A stretch of 64,000 nucleotides of DNA, from NCBI RefSeq assembly GCF_026626745.1, contig NZ_JAPNJW010000001.1, positions 652,311 to 716,310 of the forward strand. The letters run 5' to 3'. How positions within the stretch are numbered: the stretch's first letter is position 1; each line of letters opens with the position of its first letter. The position numbers were made by a program, and so were the translations under genes. Below are positions 10,457 to 19,544 of this stretch, in pieces. The notes beneath the pieces are model-generated. The model was not told the DNA's origin and made no database searches. It worked only from the letters and a program-made list of their open reading frames with translations. This DNA is from Nannocystis sp. RBIL2. Its GTDB lineage: Bacteria > Myxococcota_A > Polyangia > Nannocystales > Nannocystaceae.

Positions 10457-11158
10457 ATGCGCCGATCGAGCCTCCTGCTGTGCCTGCTCGTCGGGTGCGC
10501 CGCCGCCATGGACGAACCGTCACAAGCCCGCAGCCGGATGGTCGAGCAGCAGCTCGTCGCGCGCGACATCACCGACGAGGCCGTCCTCTCCGCCATGCGC
10601 CGGGTCCCGCGCGAGCGCTTCGTCCCGCCGGAGGATCAGCGCTACGCCTTCGGCGATCACCCGCTGCCGATCGGCCACGGGGCCACCATCAGTCAGCCGT
10701 ACGTCGTCGCGCTCATGACCCAGCTGGCCCACGTCAAACGAGGCGACCGCGTCCTCGACATCGGCACGGGCTCCGGCTACCAGGCCGCAGTCCTCGCCGA
10801 GATGGGCGCCGAGGTCTACAGCATCGAGGTCGTCACCGACCTCGCTGAGCGAGCCGCGACCCTGCTCGCAGAGCTCGGCTACGATAACGTCCACGTGCGC
10901 GCGGGCGACGGCTACCGCGGCTGGCCCGAGGCCGCGCCGTTCTCCGCCATCATCGTCGCCGCCGCCGCACCGACCCTCCCACGCCCGCTCACCGAACAGC
11001 TGGCCGTCGGCGGCCGCCTGGTGATCCCCGTCGGCGAGTTCGTGCAGGACCTGCAGGTCCTGGAAAAACGTCCGCGCGGCGACCTCCACGTCGAGACAGT
11101 CCTGCCGGTCCGCTTCGTGCCGATGGTCGGCGAGGTCGAATCGCAGCCGCGCCACTGA
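10457..11158 (+). CDS. pcm: protein-L-isoaspartate O-methyltransferase, with a lipoprotein-type signal
   Basis: MRRSSLLLCLLVGC signal/lipobox. The PCMT core is present (GATISQPYVVALMTQ, VLDIGTGSGYQAAVLAE). Confidence 0.85.
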   Translation: MRRSSLLLCLLVGCAAAMDEPSQARSRMVEQQLVARDITDEAVLSAMRRVPRERFVPPEDQRYAFGDHPLPIGHGATISQPYVVALMTQLAHVKRGDRVLDIGTGSGYQAAVLAEMGAEVYSIEVVTDLAERAATLLAELGYDNVHVRAGDGYRGWPEAAPFSAIIVAAAAPTLPRPLTEQLAVGGRLVIPVGEFVQDLQVLEKRPRGDLHVETVLPVRFVPMVGEVESQPRH

Positions 11159-11205
11159 GCGCCGGCCCGTTGCGAATCACCCCACGGCTCCGCGGAGAGC
11201 CGCCG

Positions 11206-11922
11206 TCAACCGCGGCCCGCGAGCAGTCGCTCGGTCCAGCGCTGCAGCGCCGCGAGCCGGGCACGCTGCCGCCCGTCGCCGCCCTGCAGCGCCGCGCGCG
11301 TCATGCAGAACACGTCGGACGTGATGGGACCGACCTCGGGGTAGTCCTCGTCGATCGCGCCGAGCTCGACCGCGCCGACCGCCGCGAGCAGCGGCCGGGT
11401 GACGAGGTTGCGCACCGGCCGGGCGACCACGGTGGCGAACACCAGGTCGCAGCCGTCCTCGAGCAGCCGCGCCAGCGCCCGCCACGCCAGGGCCGGCGCG
11501 CACAGCCTGTACTTCGGGTCAGGCAGCACCGCGAGCTGATCGAGGTAGCCGAGGCGCAGCCCCTCGAGCGCCGCGAGCTCGCCGGCGCCCAGGCCCCCGC
11601 CCCAGGCGATATGGGCCCGGCGCTGCCACAGCGCGCTCTGGCGCAGCGGCGGATCCGGCAGCGCGGTGACGAAGCCGACCACCCGCGGGCCGTCGAGCAG
11701 GACATCGACCTGCGCCCCGGCCAGCAGCGCCTCGTACTGCGCGCGCGAAGAGCCGAGCAAGAATCCGCCGCGGCTGCTCTCGGCGCCCCCGGGGTCGGGC
11801 TGCATCCGTAGCTGCTGCTTGATCTGCAGCATCGTCTCGGCGTCGCCGAGGACGCCCGCCCGCAGGCGCAACACCGGAGATGGTGTTTGAGACATGTCTA
11901 TTCGGTCAGCTTCTGGATTCAT
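11206..11922 (-). CDS. hypothetical protein, possibly a GNAT-like acetyltransferase
   Basis: C-terminal 238 codons of ORF 11206..12744. The ATG at 11922 overlaps the upstream desaturase stop as ATGA. The first ~15 codons run through a repeat unit (AGACATGTCT) and use atypical low-GC3 codons, so the true start may lie further downstream (MLQIKQQ...). Confidence 0.45.
   Translation of the reverse strand: MNPEADRIDMSQTPSPVLRLRAGVLGDAETMLQIKQQLRMQPDPGGAESSRGGFLLGSSRAQYEALLAGAQVDVLLDGPRVVGFVTALPDPPLRQSALWQRRAHIAWGGGLGAGELAALEGLRLGYLDQLAVLPDPKYRLCAPALAWRALARLLEDGCDLVFATVVARPVRNLVTRPLLAAVGAVELGAIDEDYPEVGPITSDVFCMTRAALQGGDGRQRARLAALQRWTERLLAGRG
11890..11906 (+). repeat. single palindromic unit AGACATGTCT at the 5' end of the GNAT-like gene
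   Basis: Seen in the sequence. Confidence 0.5.
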
Positions 11923-12908
11923 GGCGCCGCCTCCGGGCGGTCGACGAAGACGGGTCCGCGCAGCTGCTGCAGCACCGCGCCGAGGACGGTGCGGACCTCG
12001 CCGGGCGCCGGCCCGCGCAGGCGCCTCGCAGGCAGCATGTACCACGGCAACCGTGGGTCGCCGTGGTGGGTGCTGTGCTCGTGAAAGTTGAGCAGCAGCC
12101 AGCTGAACAGCCGCCCCGGCGCGAGCGAGCGGACGTTGCCGCGGACGTCGGCGCCGAGCGGCGTGCGGTAGTGATAGATGTAGACCAGCAGCGAATAGAT
12201 CCACGCGAACGCGAGCGTGGGCAGCCCGAGAGTCGCGAGGTACACGTCGCGGCCCCAGGCGCGCCACACCAGCGCATGCACTGCGACCCCGAGGCCGAGC
12301 TCGAGCCAGGCGCGCAGCCGATGCCGCCCGCGCCAGCCCTTGAAGGCCGGGGAGATCCGGCAGGCCACGCGGACCGGCATCAGCAAGAAGAGGACGACCG
12401 AGACCAGCCCGTGGATGTAGAAGCCGCCGAAGAACACGCCGAGCAGCCACCCCGCCCAGCCGATCGCCCACGCCAGGCTCCGCCGCCAGCCGGGCGCGCG
12501 CGGCAGCAGCACGACGTCGAGCGTGGCGATCTTGGGCGCGCGCCGGTTGTGCCCGTGATGGAAGGCGTGGATCTTGCGCACGACGGTCAGCGGCGCGAGC
12601 AGCGGCGCGAGCATCAGCGTGCCGACCAGATCGTTCAGGCGGACGTGATCGGGGAACAGCTTGCGATGCACGGCCTCGTGCCCGACCGTGAACATGCGGT
12701 CCATCCACAGCCCGAGCGCGAACACCAGCGGCGCCTGCACCCACGGCCCCGCCCCCGCCTGCGCCGCCCAGGCCGCCGCGCCGAGGAGGACGCCGTAGAG
12801 GCTGACGGTCTCGAACACCAGCGCCGCCGACAGCCAGTTGTGCGCCGGCGACCGTGCCGACGCCCCGAACACCTCATTCGCCATGGAGCCCTCTCCCCGC
12901 CGCATCAC
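11919..12908 (-). CDS. membrane fatty-acid desaturase family protein
   Basis: Three His boxes are present (HEAVHRK, HAFHHGH, HEHSTHH) with multiple TM helices. Confidence 0.8.
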   Translation of the reverse strand: MMRRGEGSMANEVFGASARSPAHNWLSAALVFETVSLYGVLLGAAAWAAQAGAGPWVQAPLVFALGLWMDRMFTVGHEAVHRKLFPDHVRLNDLVGTLMLAPLLAPLTVVRKIHAFHHGHNRRAPKIATLDVVLLPRAPGWRRSLAWAIGWAGWLLGVFFGGFYIHGLVSVVLFLLMPVRVACRISPAFKGWRGRHRLRAWLELGLGVAVHALVWRAWGRDVYLATLGLPTLAFAWIYSLLVYIYHYRTPLGADVRGNVRSLAPGRLFSWLLLNFHEHSTHHGDPRLPWYMLPARRLRGPAPGEVRTVLGAVLQQLRGPVFVDRPEAAP

Positions 12909-13142
12909 GCCGGCCTCCGGAACGTTGTGACGACCGCGTCCGCCGGCGCATGCGCCGAAGTGGAGCGGTCCACGAGGACAGACCGATCGTCTGGGTCATC
13001 ATGTCTCGAGGCTCGAGCGAGGAGTCGCCGGAGCGGCCCGAAAAATTGCCGGGCCTGGCAATTTTCCGCGCGCAGGCAGCAGCCCGGCCGACCCGCACAC
13101 CCGCAGCGGGCGCCGGCCGGCAGGCGCGCCGCCGCTCCGTCG

Positions 13143-13487
13143 TCAGGTCGCGGTCGCCCTGTCCCAATTGCCGAACGGCATCGGCTTGCCGGTCTCGAGG
13201 ACGGTCTTGAGATTCGACAGGATGCCCGGCCACCCGCGCGACACCCCCGCCAGCACCGTCGTCGGCTCGCAGCGCAGCACCTCGCCGGTGATGTCGGTCT
13301 TGCGGCCCTCGTCGTAGCGGTACACGATCGGCGCCCCCGGCTGCCACGTCGATTCGACCCGGCGCCCGCCCCAGTACTTCTCGGTGAAGTCGCCCTGCGT
13401 CAGCGCCTCCCACAGCTTCTCCGCCGTGGTGGTGATGTACGTGACATACACGAAGCTGGGTTTATCCGTCGTCGTCGTCGTCGTCAT
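13143..13487 (-). CDS. SRPBCC/AHSA1-family (polyketide cyclase-like) small protein
   Basis: ORF 13143..13547 trimmed to MTTTTTTDKPSFVYV at 13487, on a diverse GC3-rich frame. Confidence 0.6.
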   Translation of the reverse strand: MTTTTTTDKPSFVYVTYITTTAEKLWEALTQGDFTEKYWGGRRVESTWQPGAPIVYRYDEGRKTDITGEVLRCEPTTVLAGVSRGWPGILSNLKTVLETGKPMPFGNWDRATAT

Positions 13488-13650
13488 GATCGCGTCTCTC
13501 CTCGAGGCTCGTCTTGAGGGCGGACAGGGCCGCCGAGGCCGTCTCATGCCCTCAAAGACAGCTTCAACCGTGAACCAGCGGATGTGCCATCAGCGATGCC
13601 ATCCGCCGCTCACCCGCAAGCGCCGACCTGCAGCCGGCGCCGCGCGCAGC

Positions 13651-14736
13651 TCACTTCGGCGCTTCGGAGCGTCGGTGCCCGCCGAGCTTGAGCTTCATCC
13701 CGCCCTGCCCCGGGTCCTGCGCCGGCTCGCTCGCGGGCGGCGGCGTCGTCTCTTCGCCCGCGCTCGCCGAAGCCTCGACGCTCTCGCTCGGCGTCGCCGC
13801 CGTTTCGGTCTCGCTCGCCCGCGGCTCTGCGATCCCGAGCCCGCGGTCGACCTCTGCCAGGCGGTCTTCGCGGGCCGCCTTCTCTTCCATCAGGACGAGG
13901 TTGATCCAGCGCTCGTCGGCGAACGACACCGTGCCGTCGGTCGCCACCGTGTACTCGACCTGCGGCGAGATCGGGCGGACGAACGAGTTGGGCGCGCGCG
14001 GCATCTGGATGTCGCGGAGCACCACCGACAGGCACTCCTGGACCTTCTGCGGCAGCGAATTGGGCTCGACGCGGCTGACCAGAGTGTTGCCGTCGCGGTC
14101 GACCAGATTGAGGCCCTCGACCGGGTACGTCCCGGCGCCGACGCGGCGCTCGAGGCAGCCCTTGCCGCGGATGGCCGCGATCGCCTGTTGCCGGCGCAGC
14201 TCGGCCTTGGCTTGCGGCGACTTGTCCTCCGAGCCGTCGCCGAGGCTGACCCAGTAGATCACGTCGAGGTACTGCACCACCCCGCTGCGGTTCTTGATCC
14301 ACTTGCGGCCCTGGATCGCCTCCATGATGCACGGCTCGATCTCCGGGTCCTTGAAGCCCGTGTCGAGCACCTCCGTGCGCAGCACTTCGCCGTCGGGCGA
14401 CAGGCGGGTGCGGATCTTGACCTGGCCCTCGGGCACGTCGAGGTACGACTCTTCGCCGTCGCGCTTGCCTCGCTTCATCGTCTCGATCGCCCGGTTGACG
14501 AAGCAGGCCGCGGCGGGCGGCCGCAGGGCCTGGGCGATCTCGTTCAGGCGCTGCAGGTCGAACAGGTTCTCGGCGCGCTTCGACGGCAGGATGATCACGC
14601 CCTCGCTGCTGCTGCGCACCGCCTTTTGGATGTAGCGCGTGCCCTGGCCGAACGAGTTGAGGCCGGTCGGCGGCGCGCCTTTGCGAGCCGCGCACGCGGG
14701 GGCCAAAAGGGCGAGGCAGGACGCCAGCGCGGCCAT
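13651..14736 (-). CDS. hypothetical secreted protein with an acidic low-complexity C-terminus
   Basis: ORF 13651..14898; the likely start is [17 protein letters not shown] (signal peptide) at 14736, with an alternative at 14796. Composition is diverse. The antisense ORFs 13384..14811 and 13610..14896 are shadows. Confidence 0.55.
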   Translation of the reverse strand: MAALASCLALLAPACAARKGAPPTGLNSFGQGTRYIQKAVRSSSEGVIILPSKRAENLFDLQRLNEIAQALRPPAAACFVNRAIETMKRGKRDGEESYLDVPEGQVKIRTRLSPDGEVLRTEVLDTGFKDPEIEPCIMEAIQGRKWIKNRSGVVQYLDVIYWVSLGDGSEDKSPQAKAELRRQQAIAAIRGKGCLERRVGAGTYPVEGLNLVDRDGNTLVSRVEPNSLPQKVQECLSVVLRDIQMPRAPNSFVRPISPQVEYTVATDGTVSFADERWINLVLMEEKAAREDRLAEVDRGLGIAEPRASETETAATPSESVEASASAGEETTPPPASEPAQDPGQGGMKLKLGGHRRSEAPK

Positions 14737-14867
14737 CGGCGCGAAATGCGCCGCACGCCTTCGCGGTTTGCTTCCGGGTTCCCTCTCGGAGCGCATCGCC
14801 CCGGGGTGTAGCACGCCGCGGCCCTTCCCGCGGCGGCCGAAGTTGGCTATGGGAACGGGGCAGCACC

Positions 14868-15989
<1,122 letters not shown>

Positions 15990-16085
15990 GCCTGCTGTCG
16001 CTCCGTACCTGTCCCCGAGCACCTGTCCCCGAGCACCTGTCCCCGAGCACCTGTCCCCGAGCACCTGTCCCCGACAACCTGCCCC
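15990..16085 (+). repeat. perfect tandem array (GAGCACCTGTCCCC) x4 plus 2 to 3 degenerate flanking units, in the gcvT-gcvH spacer
   Basis: Four identical 14-mers at 16017..16072; related units at 16005..16016 and 16073..16085. Confidence 0.9.
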
Positions 16086-16096
16086 GAAGTTTCACC

Positions 16097-16486
16097 ATGA
16101 GCAAGATCCCGAGCAACCTCCGCTACACCAAAGACCACGAGTGGGCCCGCCTCGAGGGCGACGGCACCGTCGTCGTCGGCATCACCGACTTCGCGGCCAA
16201 CACCCTCGGCGACATCACCTTCATCGACCTGCGGATCGCCCCCGGCGCCAACCTGACCGCCGGCGCTCTGTTCGGCACGGTCGACTCGGTCAAGTCCGTG
16301 AGCGAGCTGTACGCCCCGGTTGAGGGCGAGGTGGTCGAGGTCAACGGCGAGCTCGACGCCACGCCCGAGGACGTCAACACCGACTGCTACGGCGACGGCT
16401 GGATGGTCCGGATCCGTCCGACCGACGCGGCCGCGTTCGAGCGGCTGCTGACCGCCGAGCAGTACGAGGCCCTCCTCAAGGAGTGA
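16097..16486 (+). CDS. gcvH: glycine cleavage system H protein
   Basis: MSKIPSNLRYTKDHEWARLEG start, with the lipoyl-lysine motif SVKSVSELYAP. The start is trimmed from ORF 15638..16486. Confidence 0.9.
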   Translation: MSKIPSNLRYTKDHEWARLEGDGTVVVGITDFAANTLGDITFIDLRIAPGANLTAGALFGTVDSVKSVSELYAPVEGEVVEVNGELDATPEDVNTDCYGDGWMVRIRPTDAAAFERLLTAEQYEALLKE

Positions 16487-17484
16487 CCGCAGTGGTCGCC
16501 TGGCTCGCGTTCGTCGCTGCGCTCGGCCTCGCGCCGCCCGCGACCTCGACGCCGGCCCCGCAGGGCCCGGCGCCCGCGAGCCCGTCGGCTGCTCCTGCTT
16601 CGACGGGCGGCCAGCCCGAGGGCCCGCGGCCGGCGCCCCCGAGCCCGGCCATCCCCGCCGCGCCCGCGCCCGAGAACATCGAGGCCGAGGGCAACGAGCG
16701 CGCCGAGCCTCCGGGCGGGGTGCCGAAGATCCCCTCGCCGCGGTCCCTCCGGACCTACGGGACAGGTGCTTTCAAACCTGTCTCGGAGGACACCCTCGGA
16801 TCGCTCGGCCTCAAGCGCCAGCGCGACGGCACCATGATGTACGTCGACGCCGGCAAGCGGTTCACCGCCGTGTTCAACGCCGACGGCACCGTGCGCTTCG
16901 GCGACCGCTGGAACCGCGACCAGCACGGCAACAAGGTCAAGGGCTCGCGGGCCGCCATGCGCCAGATCAACATGGCCGGCCTCGGCGTCACGGGCCCGTC
17001 GGAGTGGCTGGTCAAGCTGCAGGACCTGCTCGGCGGCCCCGAGACGGACGCCGCCGCCAAGCGCGAGTTCCTCAACCGGACGCGCGAGCTCCGGACGCAG
17101 ATGGCGATCGAGTTCACCCTGCGGACCTTGACCTACCGCCTCGGCACCCTCGAGCGCGAGCTGTTCGAGCTGTGGAACGCCGGCGGCGACCCGGCGAAGA
17201 AGCGCGAGCTGCTGTTTCAGCGCTGGGACGAGTGCGACGAGGCCTACCGCGTCGAGTTCGCCGGCGAGATCCCCGAGGAGGCCATGTCGGAGATCGATCG
17301 CACCCGCGCCGACGTCGCCGAGCAGGCGCGCCGGATCATCGAGACGTTCGTGCGCCGCCAGCTGCCGCGGTCCGGCCCCGACGGCTTCAGCAAGCGCGAG
17401 CTCGCCGACATGAACGGCCGCCGCACCAGCCGGCAAGAGTTCCGCCCCTACGACATCCACGCGACCCAGAGGACCGCCCAGTGA
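16483..17484 (+). CDS. hypothetical secreted protein
   Basis: The GTG start overlaps the gcvH stop. It has a signal-like N-terminus, a Pro/Ala-rich linker, then a diverse C-terminal domain. An internal hairpin-forming repeat lies at 16751..16796. Confidence 0.55.
   Translation: MTAVVAWLAFVAALGLAPPATSTPAPQGPAPASPSAAPASTGGQPEGPRPAPPSPAIPAAPAPENIEAEGNERAEPPGGVPKIPSPRSLRTYGTGAFKPVSEDTLGSLGLKRQRDGTMMYVDAGKRFTAVFNADGTVRFGDRWNRDQHGNKVKGSRAAMRQINMAGLGVTGPSEWLVKLQDLLGGPETDAAAKREFLNRTRELRTQMAIEFTLRTLTYRLGTLERELFELWNAGGDPAKKRELLFQRWDECDEAYRVEFAGEIPEEAMSEIDRTRADVAEQARRIIETFVRRQLPRSGPDGFSKRELADMNGRRTSRQEFRPYDIHATQRTAQ
16751..16796 (+). repeat. CTGTCC-family units forming the hairpin GACAGGTgctttcaaACCTGTC inside a CDS
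   Basis: A 7-bp inverted repeat with an 8-nt AT-richer loop. Confidence 0.55.
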
Positions 17485-18650
17485 CCCCGATCCTTCCCGA
17501 ACTCCAGCCCCAGCTGGCCCGCTACCGCGACGACTATCCGATCCTCGCCCACTCGATCTACATGAACAGCAACAGCATGGGCGCCATGCCGCGGCAGGCC
17601 GCCGACATGCTGCAGAAGTACGCCGACGACTGGGCCAGCGAGGGCGTCGAGGTGTGGCCGCACTGGCTCGACATCATGCGCGACACCGCCGACAGCGCCG
17701 CGCGCTTCCTGAATGCGCCGCCGGGGCAGACGATCCTCAACCAGAACGTCGCCTACTTCCAGGCCGCCATCGCCTCGTGCCTGGACTATTCGCGCGGCAA
17801 GAACCGCGTCGTCGTCGAGTCGCTGCAGTTCCCCAACGTCCTCTACGTGTGGGAGCGCTTCGGCGACCTCGGGGCCGAGCTCGTGCAGGTGCCCTCGGAC
17901 GACGGCATGACGATCCCGCTAGAGCGCATGCTCGCGGCGATCGACGAGCGGACCGCGATCGTCCCGCTGTCGCACGGCATCTACGTCTCGGGCGCGCTGC
18001 AGGACATCACCGCGATCACGCGCAGGGCCCACGAGGTCGGCGCGCTCGTCATGGTCGACGTCTATCAGACCGCCGGCGCCGTCCCGATCGACGTCGCCGA
18101 GTGGGACGCCGACATCGTCGTCGGCGGCAGCCACAAGTGGCTGTGCGGCGGCCCTGGCACCGCCTTCATGTGGATGAAGCCCGAGCTGCGCGAGCGCCTG
18201 CGGCCGCGCCTCACCGGCTGGATGGGCCACCAGGACCCGTTCGCCTTCGAGCCGCCCCCGATCCGCTTCGCCAGCGACCACCGCCACTTCCTCGCCGGCA
18301 CCCCCTCGATCCCCGCCTACTACGTCGCCCTCGCCGCCTACAAGAACCTGCACGAGATCGGCATCGAGCGGATCCGGGCCCACAACCTCGCCCTGTGCCA
18401 GCGCATCATCGACCGGGCGCAGGACGCCGGCCTCGTCGTCCACTCGCCGATCGACCACGAGCGCCGCACCGGATTCGTCGCCGTCGACTTCGAGGGCAGC
18501 GAGGACGCCAGCAAGCAGCTCATCGAGGAGCGCTACAAGCTCGACTGGCGGCCCAACTGCGGCCTCCGGCTCGGCCCGCACTTCTACAACACCGAGGCCG
18601 AGGTCGAGCGCATGATGGACCGCGTCGTCGCCCTCGCCGGCCGCAGCTAG
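17481..18650 (+). CDS. kynU: kynureninase (class V PLP enzyme)
   Basis: GTG start overlaps the upstream stop. Kynureninase-like motifs are present (YMNSNSMGAMP, GGSHKWLCGGPG, GWMGHQDPFAFEP). Confidence 0.75.
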   Translation: MTPILPELQPQLARYRDDYPILAHSIYMNSNSMGAMPRQAADMLQKYADDWASEGVEVWPHWLDIMRDTADSAARFLNAPPGQTILNQNVAYFQAAIASCLDYSRGKNRVVVESLQFPNVLYVWERFGDLGAELVQVPSDDGMTIPLERMLAAIDERTAIVPLSHGIYVSGALQDITAITRRAHEVGALVMVDVYQTAGAVPIDVAEWDADIVVGGSHKWLCGGPGTAFMWMKPELRERLRPRLTGWMGHQDPFAFEPPPIRFASDHRHFLAGTPSIPAYYVALAAYKNLHEIGIERIRAHNLALCQRIIDRAQDAGLVVHSPIDHERRTGFVAVDFEGSEDASKQLIEERYKLDWRPNCGLRLGPHFYNTEAEVERMMDRVVALAGRS

Positions 18651-18651
18651 C

Positions 18652-18972
18652 ATGCACCCCGACTACGCCCGGATCTACGCCACCATCCAGCGGATCCCCC
18701 GCGGCCGCGTCGCCACCTACGGACAGATCGCCGAGCTCGCCGGCCTGCCCGGGCGCGCCCGCCAGATCGGCTACGCCCTCCACGCCTTGCCCGGGGGCAG
18801 CCCCGTGCCGTGGCAGCGGGTCCTCAACGCCCGCGGCGAGATCAGCCTGTCCGGCCCCTCCGGCGACCGCCAGCGCACCCTGCTGATCGCCGAGGGCGTC
18901 GAGTTCGGCGACAACGGCCGCATCGACCTCGCCGACTATCAATGGCGTCCGCGCGCCGCCCGGCGCCGCTGA
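18652..18972 (+). CDS. MGMT-family DNA-binding protein, probably alkyltransferase-like (Atl)
   Basis: 106 aa. It carries PWQRVLNARGEIS, where Trp replaces the catalytic Cys of the PCHRV motif, as is typical of ATL proteins. Confidence 0.65.
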   Translation: MHPDYARIYATIQRIPRGRVATYGQIAELAGLPGRARQIGYALHALPGGSPVPWQRVLNARGEISLSGPSGDRQRTLLIAEGVEFGDNGRIDLADYQWRPRAARRR

Positions 18973-19085
18973 CCTGTCCTTCGCGCCAGGCGACAATGCG
19001 ACAGCCGGGCCCCAGGCGCGGCCCAGGCGCCGGACTGTCCCTCGCTATGTCCGTCACCTGGCCGGCCTGATGCCCGTCCTGTCCC
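18971..19085 (+). repeat. loose cluster of CTGTCC/ATGTCC units in the long leader region upstream of the CCP gene
   Basis: GACCTGTCC, GCGACAGCC, GGACTGTCCC, GCTATGTCC, CCTGTCCC. Confidence 0.5.
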
Positions 19086-19544
19086 GAAAAACCGGTCCAT
19101 CGGGACGTGGCATTTCAGCGACCTGCCGCGAATCGTCTGCGCCGACGGGCGTACTGCCATTCCCTGTGGCCATCGAACGCCGCTCCGATCGATTGCTCAG
19201 ACCATCCCGGCGGTGCGCGAAGGGTCTGTGCAAGACGGTGCGGCGTGTGCAGCGAGCCACGTTCTTACATGATAGGGTTTTCCCCCAATCAAAGAGCATA
19301 CATCCACCGACCACGCGCAGGTGGAGGGACACGCCATCTCCCTTGCGCCCAGATCGGCCCGGAACGCCTGATTCCCGCGAATTCGCCGTTTCGTCCTGGC
19401 GCTGGAGCCGCAGTCCCAATTGACCCTTTGTCTGGCGCGCGCGGGGGCACCCGATACGTCGTTCTTGCGGCGACACCCGTGGCGACCCGAGCCGACATCG
19501 CCGCGATCACAGCTTTCGCCGCGGTCGCCGCGAATGAACGGAGC

